64,000 bases of DNA, from assembly GCA_013239625.1 (NCBI GenBank), contig MU053454.1, positions 1-64,000 of the forward strand, read 5' to 3'. Shown here one piece after another: positions 39,674-53,171 of the stretch. The notes under the pieces are model-generated. The model was not told the DNA's origin. It ran no database searches and was given only the letters and a program-made list of their open reading frames with translations. The DNA comes from Lama guanicoe (Eukaryota). The translations under genes were made by a program, and so were the position numbers. Within the stretch, counting starts at the first letter, position 1. The number at the start of each line of letters is the position of its first letter.

Positions 39674-40349
39674 GTTTGACTTATTTCACTGGGCATAATG
39701 CCCTCAAGGTCTACCTATATTGTCACAAATGGCATGCTTTCCTCTTCCTCATGATTGAATAATATACTCTATTGCATATGTATATTCAGAGATTCAATAT
39801 ATAAAATATCAGTGTTACATATATGTATATATGTATAATCTAGTCATCTGTACATGGACACATAGTCACATGGCCACTGTGAATAATTTCCTTTTCCTTC
39901 CAGTATACACCCAGAAGTGAGGCTGCTAACCACATAGTGGTTCTATTGGTAATATCGTAAGGAATCTCTACCTCCATATTGCTTTCTGTAGTGGCTATAC
40001 CAATCTAGATTCCCACCAAGAGTGCACAAGGGTGCTCTCTCCCCACATTCTCTCCAAAAATTTGTTATCACTTGCCTTTTTGACAACAGTGTATCTACCA
40101 GGTATAAAGTGATATGTCAGTGTGGGTATGATTTGCATTTCCTTGATCATCAGTGATGTCAAGCAACTTTTCTTGTACCTATTGGCTATCTGTATGTCTT
40201 CTTTGGAAAAATGCCTATTCAGTTCCTCTGCCCATTTTCTAACCCAATTGTTTGCTTTATGCTATTGAGTATATGAATTTTTAATAAATTTTGGATATTA
40301 ACTCCTTATCAACTAGGTGCTTTTTGCCTTAATTAAAACAATGGAAGTA

Positions 40350-40448
40350 AATATATGTATGTATATACATGAGTGGGACATTGTGCTGTACGCCAGAAAT
40401 TGACACATTGTAACTGACTGTACTTCAACTTAAAACAAACAAAAAAAA
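40350..40448 (+). mobile_element. ~100-bp L1 3' tip inserted in the older L1
   Basis: gacattgtgctgtacgccagaaattgacacattgtaactgactgtacttcaa plus A-tail; interrupts host ccttatca|gatat. Confidence 0.8.
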
Positions 40449-40782
40449 GATATCGTTTGCAAATATTTTCTCCCATTCCATAGGTTGCCTCACATATACA
40501 GTCAACTAATATTTGCTAAGGGAGCCAAGAACACTGAATGAGAGAAGAACAGTCTCTTCAACAAATGGTGTTGGGTAAACTAGTAATCACACACAGAAGA
40601 CTGAAACTGGACCCCTATCTGACACCATTCACAGAAATTAACTAGAATATATTAAAGACTTAAACATAAGATTTGAAATCTTAAAAACCGTAGAAGAAAA
40701 CATAGGGAAAAATCTTTTTGACATTGGTCTTGGCAAAGATTTTTTTGGGTATGACATCAAAAGCAAAAGCAACAAAAGTTAA

Positions 40783-41168
40783 TGTTTTGCGAACTAGCCC
40801 CTGTACATGGAGAGCAAAAGGAGACTGAAGGAAAAGGCAGACCACTCCAGATTGGTAGGTGGCAGTTTTAATGAGCAAGGGAACTTACATAGGAGGCTTG
40901 GGCTTGGACAGACACAAGATGAGTAGATCTCTGCATCTGCTCACCAGAATCTTAAAAGTTTATACAGAATCCTTAACTGGGTTCAGTCATGTACTCAATT
41001 CAGGTGGTCTAAACAACACCTTACTCTTACAACACTATGTCCTTGAAACAGCTCCTAGTGTGGGAACAGTGGGTGGAATATACATTCCAAGGACAGGTGA
41101 GGAGGTAAGGAGCCTCCAATTGCACGGGTCACCCATCTGCCACGTCCTCTCAATGACCTCTTCCAATA
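40783..41168 (-). mobile_element. Solo LTR inserted in the inverted L1 piece
   Basis: ~385-bp non-L1 block splitting L1 gcaacaaaag|caaaaata. Starts TG and ends ccaata (decayed CA). ATTAAA and TATAAA-like motifs lie on the minus strand in LTR order. Confidence 0.7.
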
Positions 41169-44100
41169 AGCAAAAATAGAAAAGTGGGATTACATCAAAC
41201 TAAAAAGCTTCTGCACAGCAAAAGAAACAACCAACTAGATAATTTAATTCAAAATTTTCAATAAATGGTTAAGACCTAGATAAAAACCTTAGTAAAAATG
41301 ATCATAATGGGTACAATGATAGATGAATAGAGACAAAAATTTGGTAAAATGGCATGAAGTGAGGAGATACGTAGATGGCATAAATTAGGTTAACACCAAA
41401 TAATATCCACAAACTTTGAAAATAATCTGTTTTTAGTCTGTTATTAAATAAAAAATGAAATGACAACTATTAATTATCCAAGGGGCACAAAAAGTAGAAA
41501 GTAATGGTTAAAATACATAAGGCTTCATAGGGAAATTGGGTATGTTATCTTCGGCAACATTCCTGAGTACCAGATTGTATGTGAAACTAAAAGCCACACC
41601 TTCTAATCACAGTGATGCCAACTTCAACATACAGTGAAAAATTCCTTTTAACATCCCACCCACTCCCATTCACCTGTCAGTTCCTTTAACAGAAGTTTAG
41701 CTTCCACATACATTTCCACACATTAAAAATCAATGGAAAATATTTTAACTAACAATTTAACTGAAATCAATTCAGTCCAAATGTGTCAGGAAAAAAAAAA
41801 ATTGCCAAGACTGGAAGACTTGACTCTTAACAATTCTTTCAAATTTCAGCCAAAGTGTAAATTAAAATTAAAATTCTGGAAGTTGAACAAATATAATTTT
41901 TCAAACATGCTTTCTTTTTTGCTCTCATCCTTTCATAATTAACTTTATTTTAAGGAAAATAACTGTCAATTTAATATGGGATATATATGGATATTTTGGT
42001 CACATAAATAATATGGTTAAAATATTCTCAGTATCTCATCCCTGGATTCCCTTAAGTTTTACACTTTAAGAGATCAAACTAAAATTAAATATAATAATTG
42101 TATGACCACCTGGATGATAAAGGGAACTATTTTTGGCAGCTGATATTAATGTAACAGTACTGAAGCTTCAGTCAATAAACAGCAATAATTAATATTACTG
42201 AACATATGAAGATATTCTCTAAAACAAATTAAATTTTACTTTTAGGAACTATTCCAGTTGCATAGGGATCATTGATCTTTTTTTTCCCTCAATAACTACT
42301 TTATTAGTTTAGGTATTTCTAGAGAGAAATTATGACACAAAGTGGCTAAAACAGTAAGGGCTGCCTCTAATCTCACATAACACAGATTACAAGGTAAGGT
42401 TAATACAGGATCGGTTAATGTGAGGACTCAAAGACACAGTTGAAAACTTCAGTTTTATCCTAAATGGTCAGACTGCCTGTCAACATCACCAGATGCAGAA
42501 GTTTCAAGCATTATATTTGGACACAACATTACTTTAAAGAAGCTGTTTCATCTTGTATGTCTGATTTTAGATGTGAGTAAATTATTCACCAAATATCTCC
42601 CACCTGCTATACAATTTTCTCATGAATTATTAACCAAAATTTTATCATGGCCACTTTTAAATATAATTTAATTCAAAAAGCTAATTCAAGATTAAAACTT
42701 AGCCCTGATGTGGGAGTAGACTCAACTTCATCCCAGTAGAGTTTCTATTAAGAAAAAACAAGAAAATATTAAAATAAAAAGTAATATGCTTTCACATAGG
42801 GTAATTCATAAAGTTTTAAAAAATATCCAATATTAATATCATATTAAAAATCACTAACTTCAATTTCTTCTGAAGAATTTTAAAAAATTAAAAGAATTCT
42901 GACATGGGTGCCGAAAGATTTCATCCAGGATCTGCCATTCTCCAGTCACATAACCTTGATGAGGTTTTAATGTTTCTTGAAACTTGATTTGCTATTTGTA
43001 AAATGAGTATAAAATTAATAGCTCTATATAGTCTTTAGATGTTGAGGGTGGACAGATAAGCTATTTCAATGCACTTTATAAATTATAATGTATTATATTT
43101 AAAGCTTAATTACAATTATTATTTAAGCTTTACAAAGAGCAGCATTATCAGTTTTCATTGCCAGTAAAGAAACAAGTTGGCACTGGCAAAGTAGTGAAGA
43201 GTAGGCTATTCAACAACACGCATTCAGGCAACAGAATATCATAGAACTTTTTTTTCTTTGCACCTACATAATTGCACAGATTTCAACCCTAAGATGTGTT
43301 ATCATATAAGCACACTTAGTGGTAATAGCACTAGTTGTTGTTATTTGTGCTTGCTGTCAGTAAATATACAAACACAGGTGGAAAAAGAGCAAAAGTACAA
43401 AGTATATGTTAAGCAGCATGTTATGCATATCCTGTGTACCTAAAGATCAAATTAATAGATTAACAAAATCCAGCTATGACTTAAAAGAAATTTTGCAATA
43501 TACTTGAAGAGACAGCCATGGATAAATAAAATGCTTATGAAGTTAAGCGCATGGAGTCAGGAAGAGCTAGATTCATGCTCCAGCTCTGGTGAAGGGTGTG
43601 TTTTCAACGTTGGACAATGTATTTTGTATTTCTAAGCTTTCACAATCTTTTTAATATACCACGTGCTGCTCTCAAACTTAATACCTTTTTCTTTATTCAG
43701 AATTAAGAAACTGACATACTAATATAATAAAACAGCTTGGATAACAGAAACTATTACATATGACTTGTCAAATCATGAGTTGTTTACAAGATTCTATATG
43801 AGTTTATAGCACTTTGGGGACAAAAAGAACATAAAATCTGTAGGAAATGGCTCTATGCATGGGTTTTCTACAATAAATAAAATTATCCATTAAAGAGCAA
43901 ATAAATTCAAACTACTATCAGTATAAAACCTAAACAGTTTAATCAAATCACATATAGTAAAATGTATCAACCTAAACATGTTTTAGCCTTCCTTTTGTTT
44001 TCTAAGCAATGGAAATACATGTTCACTTTTTATAGCACCTATATAAAATCTAATCATATCATCTGCTTTAGGCTTTTTAAAGCATCATTAAGTAGGAAGC

Positions 44101-46364
44101 TGAGATAAGAACCATTTATTGTTACTCTAACCCTGATGCTATATAAAACTTTGTGCCTTTGGTTATTATTTTTAGAAATGTATGAAAAATATAACTACAG
44201 GATATAGCTTCCATATTGTCCCTGTAACAGAAAGGAGAATATACGAAACTTTACAAATTCAGTAAGATAAAGGAAAGGAAAAGGAAGCAAAGCAAATTGC
44301 AATAATTATAAAGCATAAAATAACACTAAATACATCAAAATATATTAGTAGAATCAAAAATATAAACAGATTGAAATCATTTTTAAAAACAGCCTTAGAC
44401 TAAACAAACAAGTAAAGTAATTCAGCAAGGAAAAAGCAGAAATAACTAATACAGAAATACACTCCTAACAAAGGTTCCACAAAACAAAACTATACAAAAA
44501 ATTTGAAAATAAAGAGGTGACAAAAACTATGCAAAGCAAATTACTCATCAAAGCAGCTAGCAGAGCAAAAATAGTATTTTATTACATGGAATTTAAGAAA
44601 AGCAGCATTAATAAGAATAATGAGAAACCATAAGGAAAACCAGTGAATAGAGAGAAGTTGAAGTATACATGCTGTGTGTTTCCATAAACATCAAAAATGG
44701 TTACTGTTTTATTGAGACAGAGTTCAGTTTTCAAGGAACTGATAGTCCACGAAAGACCCAATAAATTGACAGCCAACTTAAAGACAGTGTAAGTATTTCT
44801 AAATGACTTTGCGAGAGCACAGAGTGGTACCCAATTCAGTCTTCTGGGAACGGTCAAAGAAAGCTCCTGAAGGTAGTGTATTTTAAGTAGAGAAGAACAC
44901 CCAAATTGAATTTAAACAAATTAAGACTAGTCCATGCAGAAATGCAGAGGAAACAACCTTGAAAAAGACTTGGAGAAATGGGAAAGAAAGCATGAAGCAC
45001 TCGGGCACCTTATAGCGCAGCTGTAGCATCTACTACAAATGGAGAAAGCTCGGAGAGGAGTGACAAGGAATCAGAAAAGAGACTGAGTAGATAATGAATT
45101 CATTTATACTGAATCTGGACTTTTTCCTGAGAAAATAAAGAATTGAAGAAGTTTACACAAGAAGGACACAGTCACAAAGCACTGTAGAAAGGACTCCTTG
45201 GTTACAGAGTGGAAAACAAGAAGAATGAAGCAGAGTTGTATAACACACGTAAGAGATTAAGATGATCTAAGTCAATCTTCTAATTCTGGGTGTTCCATTT
45301 GAAAATGGAGTTCAGAAAACACTAATTTCAATCTCTCATGGCAACAAAAATGAGAAGTTTACATATTCATAATTTCAAGAGTTTCAAGTTCTTATCACTT
45401 ATATGCATAGCTGTCTCTGACAGAGCTTTCTCATTTAGAGAGATGCTTGAGACATTTCTTCTTGATAAGACTTAATGTGTCTATAATATCTTGGCAGGTT
45501 TTCCATTTCCTCAATTTGTTAGTATATGAAAAAGTAGCAAAGCGTGCATTAACAAAAGATACTAGTCAATCAGAAAGTAATGCATAAAGGGAGTAGAATA
45601 AGGCATTTATAATATTTTTAAAAATTCATTGCTTCATGCAAATATTGGCACACATAAGTACTTAGGGGAAAAAACCCTGCTGATAACTTTTGTATCATGA
45701 AAATTATATATACATATACATGTACATATGTATGAATACCATATAGTGAAATATAATGATAAGTTCTGAACATGGAATTTCATGACTCATTACTTTATAG
45801 GGTAAGATTTATTGAATGAATGTCAGCATACATTATAAAAATAGCATGACTAAGAAAAGACACTAATAAACATGACAGCATTCTAGAATGAGGCTAAATC
45901 AATATTGACATTGAGATCAAGAGATAATAATAATGAAGACACATGCCAAAGATAGCAAAATAAATAACTCAGAGATAATCTTTGTACCAGTTCCCATCCA
46001 GAAAAAAAAATACCTTTGTTATTTAACAACCAGTACAATGTAACACACAATCTTACAAATTATCTGTGTTTTAGGAAGTGAAGACCAGGACTTTTTAGAA
46101 GACATACTCCAAAAAATAAAGGTAAGATAAAATTATATAGAAAGCAGTATCTTGCCTACATCTGCTTTACTTCATTTTCACTCTCATTACCCTGATCAAG
46201 GCCAATCTTAACTCTCACCCAGACACCGAAAACAGCCTTCTCAATTAAATGGTTCCATCATTACTCCAAGGGTAAAATCTAAATTGCTTAAAACAACTTG
46301 AAAGGCTCTTCATAATATTTTGTGCTTCAAAAAGTCTTCATGTCACTTTTGCTTTTTCTTTTGT

Positions 46365-47005
46365 ATCAGTATTCTATTGTAGTATAATTGATATACAATA
46401 CAGTGCACATATTTAAAGTAAACAATTTGATCAGTTCTGAGATACACATACTCATTTGAAACCATACCCATTCTAAAGACATTGAAGAAATCTGTCACTC
46501 CCAGAAGTTTCCCTGTTCCTCTCCTTATCAGCCCTCCTCGTAAGATCCCCCTAGTCCTTATGCAACTGCCGATCTGTTTTCTGTCACAACAGGTGAGTTG
46601 GCAGTGTTTAAATTTTTAATAAATGGAATCATATAGTATTTATTTTGTTTTGTCTTACATCTTATACTTAGCCTAAAACTTTTGAGATTCAGCTATGTGG
46701 TTGAATCTGTCAATAATTTGTTTATTTTTATTGCTGAGTACCAGTCTATTGTATGGAAGTACCATAATGTTTATACATTCACCTGTTTATGCTTATTTAG
46801 ATTGTTTCCTATTTTGGCTATTATGAATAAAGCTTCTATAAATATGTGTTTAAAAGGCTTTATGTAGGTGCATGTTTTCAATTCTCTTGAGTAAATATGT
46901 AGGAGTGGAATGGCTGTCATGTGGTTGATGTATATTTAACATTTTAAGAAACTGCCAAATTGTTTTCCAAAATTGTCGTACCAGTTCATACTCCAACCAA
47001 CCACT
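46365..47005 (-). mobile_element. Old L1 (L1MC/L1ME-like) 3' end
   Basis: tattgtagtataattgatatacaata, aatggaatcatatagta, ttttattgctgagta, ttttaagaaactgccaaattgttttccaaa. Confidence 0.85.
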
Positions 47006-47524
47006 GTTTCAGTTGCTCCCCAAAAGTTTTCCAGGCCCTTCAGTCAAAAAACAAAAACAAAGACAAAATATCAAGTATAAAATAAAGGTATTTCTTTTTC
47101 TATAACTCAGCTGAAGCTCTACAGATTTCAGTACAACTCTTTTTCACAGAGTAACAGCTACTGCCTCAAGATAATTCCACTTTGAAATTTTGGTCTAGGC
47201 TGAGCCTGGTGTAGATAAATACCTCACGTTCATTCTTAGAACTGTGGATACTGGCCACATATACTAGGTGTATATTTCACACCATCCTCATAGTGCAGCT
47301 ATTAAACAAACAACAGCACAAACCTAAATTTCTTTTTCCCAAAATTCAATTTGTAGCTTTTGAATATATGTGGTTTCTGCCTAACACCAAAAAACAAACA
47401 ATCTAGTCAAATCCATTTAGATACTATATTTTAGGTTTAAATTAATAAGGTGACAATAAATTTCAATTATATTTATTCAGAAATCATGTTTCCAGTTATG
47501 CCATTTATGAATGAGTTATGAAAA

Positions 47525-47705
47525 ACTTACATATGAGAAATTTTCACTTTCACTACATCATGTAGTATTTATTACCTTCAGTGAGGTAGGTATCACTCTG
47601 TTTTACAGACAGAGAAATTGAAACTTAGAAAAGTACACTATGTTTTCGATGGGTACCCATTGAATTAGTGGTAGAACCAAGAGGCCTTTCAGCTATACCA
47701 GGCTC
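47525..47705 (-). mobile_element. MIR SINE
   Basis: gtgaggtaggtatcactctgttttacagacagagaaattgaaacttaga (antisense MIR core). Confidence 0.7.
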
Positions 47706-48976
47706 CCTTTTTTTTTTTGGTCATGCTCTAGTTATTATAATTTAGGTGACACACATTTGGCCCTGTCCCTTTTGGAAATTAGGAGAATTTTAAATCTATG
47801 TTCAGAAAATCAGAATTATAGAGTCTTGAGCAACTTGCCTAACTGCCCTGTGCTTCAGCTCCTCTTTTAGAACATAATCTGGAAGACTAATGTAATATTT
47901 AAATGGCCTTCCAACTCAGCATTCTAAGATCCTATTTACTTTAGCAAAACGAAAACATCAGCAAATGAGAACAAAGCGGGAGGAAATTTTATTCTATATA
48001 TATTCACCTAATAGTATATGCAAATTAGTTTCTAAGAAAGATGAATATAAATGAAGAGACAATTATTTTAAAAAATAAAAGAAACATGATTGACAATCAT
48101 GTATGTCTACTTCTATATAGTTTAAATGTGTGAAGAGAGGGAAACTGTAAGAGTTACATGGTAAAAGGTGAGAAACAAGTTTTGCCAACATTTCAAAACC
48201 AGGGAAGAAGAAGAGACACACATGAATACTTCCCTTAGTAAAGTGAGATTTCAAATTTTTTTTAATTAGGGGAGAGGAAAGGCATAAAGCTGAAAATACA
48301 AAGGCTTTAAATTTGGGAAGAGAATGTCAGAGAAGAAATATAGGCAAACATCAGCAGTGGAGATCAGGGAACAAAATGTCTGTCAGCAATCAGGAAGCTT
48401 AAGAACAACTGGGAAATTGTTATAGGCAGTAATCTTAGCATTTTAATCTATAGGAGGCAATACTTTGCCTGACCCATATACCATGAAGTAAGGAAGACTT
48501 GGATGACATATACAACTTTTAAAAGAGAAATCTTTAACAAAGGAGGATTTTCTAATTGCAGAGGTGAATGGTTGTATAAACTACTGTATACAACGTGGTT
48601 CTACATTTTAAATTTGAAAATTATTATTATTACTGAATCATAAGATTAGTTTCTCAGAGTTGCTTGCTTGGTTGTTGCATGCTAGGAGAAAACCAAAGGA
48701 AAGAAAACCTCCAAAAGTGCTCTCTAGTTTTTATATTTATGTTTAAAATATAGTTAATTAAGGTTGTTACTGCTTCTAGATTTCTTTCCGTCAGGGGCAT
48801 GAGAGAAAGTGAATAGGACAATTACAAAAGGGAGAATATGAAACTATTTTCTCAATGGAAAACAGATTATCCAAGATATTGGAGTGCAGAATTTGTTGGC
48901 CTTTCCATAAGCATTCAGTTGTGTACAGTATTCCCCAATGAAGACTTACAGTAAAAGCACGAAGCACGATACTTAC

Positions 48977-49059
48977 GATGCCAAAATATTTATGAAAAAA
49001 AAAATATGTAAGACAAAGGTTCTCCGACTTTTGTTCCCAAACTCCCAGGACTGCAATCC
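48977..49059 (-). other. Candidate 83-nt internal exon, probably 5' UTR or non-coding
   Basis: Minus strand: ttactctcctctgttgccttctcttcag|GGATTGCAGTCC...TTTTGGCATC|gtaagtat. Near-ideal pyrimidine tract, CAG acceptor and GTAAGT donor; retained CpGs at both flanks; no recognisable peptide; length not a multiple of 3. Confidence 0.65.
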
Positions 49060-49177
49060 CTGAAGAGAAGGCAACAGAGGAGAGTAACGTTTTCTATGTC
49101 TAACAAAATCCTTTGTGGGTAATGTGTCACTATTTCAGATTTCAAGTTTTTTTCCCTTATCCATGAAAAATGTACAA

Positions 49178-49213
49178 ATGTGTATGTATGTGTGTATATA
49201 TATATAACACAAA

Positions 49214-49287
<74 letters not shown>

Positions 49288-49290
49288 TAT
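49178..49290. repeat. Compound (TG)n(TA)n(CA)n microsatellite
   Basis: Directly visible. Confidence 0.95.
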
Positions 49291-49989
49291 CAGTTTTATG
49301 TTTACTGAAAATTAACATGTTTAGAGATATATAAAGTAGAAAGATAAAGCCTCAGTTTTCAAGGGTCTAAGATGAACGAAAATATAAGAGCATATTTTGG
49401 AGAAAATGAGGCACTGAAATGACAATAATCATTAAAATTGTTTTACAATGATATTTTGCATCATCTTAGGACTCCCAGAGATGCCTGTATGTCAGCACAT
49501 GGAAAGAAATAATAGAGGGAACAGGAATTATTCTTAACTATCTCCTATCTCTGATTAAAAAAAGCTTGCTTTAAATGTTTATATATAATGGTTCTGCAGG
49601 ACTGGACTGATAAAAGTTCTCAAAAAACCAAAACTTTGAAATTGACTTAACTAGACCATTTCCATTGCTTTTTCCAATATTTGTTATTATAAAAATACTT
49701 CAAATATATAGAAAAATTGAAAGAAGTTTATGGTAAATACTCATATGCCCTCCACCTAGATTCTGTAAGGAAAATTTTACTACACATGCTTAGCACATCT
49801 CTCTCCAGCTATCCATCCTTGTATCAACCGATTAATTTTTTTAACTTCATTTTTCCCATTTCAAATTAAGTTGTAAACATCAGAACACTTACAAATGTAG
49901 TAGTTTAGATCCAAAGTTTACTTTGTAGGAAGTATTTAATAATATGTTCAATTTATTTATTAGACATAAGAACAATAGATTTTTTTTTT

Positions 49990-51065
49990 CACCCAGTGTC
50001 AGTTTGTTAAGCTATACAGAACAAGGAACTTTTCCACTTCATCTAAGTTGTCAAATTCTCATGAAATAAAGTTGTTAATAATGTTTCCTTATATCCTTTT
50101 GCGAATCTTTAGCGATAATCTCTTATTCTTGATACTAGTAATTTGTATCTTCTTTCCTTTACTATGATGAATCTAGTTGAGGTTTTATCATTTTTATAAA
50201 TATCTTCTCAAAGCATCAAAGTTTGGTTCCTTTGTTGTTTTTTAAGTTTATATATTTTCTCTTTGATTATTGACTCTGACTTTATTCTTATATTCTTCCT
50301 ACTTTAAATTTGCTTTTATTTTCTTAACTACTTAGGATAGAACACTAGGCCACTGACTTTAGACATTTCTTCTTTTCCAATTTAACCATCTGCAGCTATA
50401 AATTATCTTCTGGGCACTGCTTTAACTGTATCCCACAAAGTCTGATACATTGTTTTTTAATTATTATTTGTTTTAAGATTTTTAAAATTTCTCTTTGGGT
50501 TTCAGAATTGAGCCATGGATTACTTAAAAGTATTTTTAAATTGTCCATTTTGGGGTGTTTTTCTAAAAATCTTATTATTATTGATTTCCAGTTTATTTCT
50601 GTTATGATTATAAAACATACTTTTAATAATTTTAATAACTTAACCTTTTAAAATTTACTAAGACTTGTATATGGCCAGCAGATGTTTCATATTGTTGAAA
50701 ATGCACATATGCATATTGCGCACATGAAAATAATGTAAATTCTACGTTTGTTCTCTAAATATCAAGAGATAGAGGGGTTGATAGTATTCTTCAAATATTT
50801 CTTTTTTTCTGATTCTTTGACAAATTTTTATATCAATTGGTCTGAAACGGGTATTAAAATCTACAACTATGATTGTGGGATTGTCTGTTTCTCCTTTTAA
50901 TTCTAAAAATATTTGCTTCCCATGTTTGAAGCTCTGTAATTAGGTGTATAAAAATTATGAGTGACATATCTTTCTCCTAAATTGTCCGCTTTATCATTAT
51001 GTAATTTTTCATTATCTTTGCTAATTATTTTTCTCATGTCTATTTTGTCTGATGGTGATATATAT
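49990..51065 (-). mobile_element. Old L1 ORF2 5' (endonuclease) remnant, followed by (CA)n at 51071-51107
   Basis: ORF 50903-51103 SDKID...NFYTPNYRAS resembles L1 endonuclease SDKIDF...NIYAPN; gggcactgctttaactgtatcccacaaa is a conserved antisense L1 motif. Confidence 0.8.
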
Positions 51066-51076
51066 GTATTCACACA

Positions 51077-51110
<34 letters not shown>

Positions 51111-52244
51111 GTAGAAAAAAGCCAAAAGCAGCTTTTTTTGAGTGCTCTTTGTGCCTTTTACAAAACCGTAAACTCAAAACAACATTGATTATGTGAACTG
51201 GTATCATCAGTACCTTGTAAGAAGAGACTAGAGCATATTATTTAGGGCAATGATTACCTTTAATATTGATACTGTCTTTTTAAGTCATGCAGCGTGATGG
51301 AAGACAGGAACGTAAGGGCCACAATCAGCGTTTTCATGTTGAAATTGCCTGTTCACCTTTATTACACAGTTATTTTCCAAATGTAAGTAATATGTAATAC
51401 AATATGATAGTTTTAAGAAAATAATTTTCAACATCTTTCCGAAAAGGTAGTATCATCCTGATTTCACCAATTTTCTATCCTTCTTATTATCACTATCATT
51501 ATCAATATTGTAAACTCACTCTTATTCATTTGACACATGGTATGTCACCAAGATTTATCTTGTAACATGTTTCCCAGATGACTTGATTATCAGTGAAGTT
51601 TATGAACGTCATGCTAAGAAGTTAATGAGGTTATCTTGTAGTTTCATGTTATGCTACTATTGACTAGGAGGTTTACTTTTGGATGGAGTACATATTCGTG
51701 TTTATATGATAACAATCCCTGAAAGTTGTTTGTGTTTTAATCTTCTAAGCTGTGATATACTAATATAACAAATATTATGAATTACCTAGACTAAAAGATA
51801 CAGCTAGTAGAATACGAGGAAAAATCAAACTACTCATATGTTTCACTGTGAAGGAAGTCTCAGTTCATTCCGTTCTGCACTCTTTTCAGGAGTTCTGTGA
51901 TAGGTATGGTTATTTGACAGTCTCAGGATTTCTGAATTTATGACATGTCCTCTGAGTGCCGTTTTGTTTGAATAACCCTCTTACCATATCATCAGACCTT
52001 CACAATATTCCAGGTGACTTGGAGTTGGAGTAAAGATAATTTATTTGTCAGATTCTCGAGTTGATAATAATGGCTATAATTATTCAAAGATTTGATGTTT
52101 GGCCAATGCAAGTTTGAGGGTTGCTAGAGATGCTGAGATGAAGATAGTAAAAACATAAAAGAAATGAAACTATGCAGGTCTCAAAGCAAGAGTATAAAAT
52201 GTCAAGTTAGGAAAATAGGGCTTCCACAACAGTTTCCACATCAA

Positions 52245-52435
52245 CCAGTTTAAATGTGACTATTTAAAGCTGAGTCCGTTAATACTTATTAAAATGAAAA
52301 GTTCGGTTCCTTGGTCATGCTAGCCACATTTCAAGTGCTCAGTACCTTGATAGTCATCAGACTAATGGCTGACACAGTGGACAGCACAGCTGTAGACCAT
52401 TTCCACCAAAACAAAATCTATAGGACAATGCTGGT
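52245..52435. mobile_element. MER3-like hAT-Charlie MITE
   Basis: ttccttggtcatgctagccacatttcaagtgctcagta...tggacagcacag...atttcca...ggacaatgctg. Confidence 0.8.
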
Positions 52436-53171
52436 AGAACCGAACGACTCATGCAGAATAAGAAACAGCTAAGATGATAGTCTTCTAGCCCAACTGCCTT
52501 TGCTAATGATCTGTAGTTCAATTAGAAAATTTAATTAAGTTCATCTGAATGTTAATAACAGTTTGAAATCTAACAGTGAATAGGTTTTAAGATGATGATG
52601 ATAAAGATAATAAAAATAGTAATAACAATATGATCACTGTTTTATATTTTTATAATATTACTGATTTGTTTTATATACACACTTAAGATATTTGCAGTAA
52701 TGTTTTTCATTGCTCTATAATGTAATAATTATTCTAATGTCAATGGACAGATTAGAGAAGTACTCTAAATATGATAATCTGGGTTGAAAGTAAGTGTATG
52801 TAAAAAGAAATAATATACATAAGAAAGCTAGAGTAACTATATATGTATATATATGCACACTGCACTACATCACATTCACATACTCACAGGAGTAGCATAA
52901 AAACTCCAACTCTTTATTATTTTACACATTCTTCAGAAAATATATGACAATGCAGGAATAAGTCCTGATATAAATATCAGAGGAAAATATAAAATATACC
53001 TTCTGTTCCACATTCTATTCATAATATAATTCAAATTTCCCCAACTTATCCTATGTTATTTCTGGTCATAAAGTAATTATTTCTTTTTTTTTCGAAGACA
53101 AAGAGATATAATTGTAATAATTAAGATTCCATCAACACAAATACTGTTGGTGATTTCAAAGGCTGGCAATT

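Larger units (their letters stand above)
38073..41231 (-). mobile_element. Older 5'-inverted L1 (minus 38073-40490, inverted piece 40491-41231) hosting three later insertions
   Basis: Antisense L1 3' UTR 38075-38413 resumes at ~39674; strand switch at ~40490. Candidate TSD caact(t/a)gataattt at 38059-38072 and 41232-41245. Confidence 0.85.

Noticed and set aside
51870..51910. Plus-strand 14-nt microexon (cttttcag|GAGTTCTGTGATAG|gtatgg)
   Set aside because: Not frame-preserving, opposite to the other exon candidates and otherwise unsupported.
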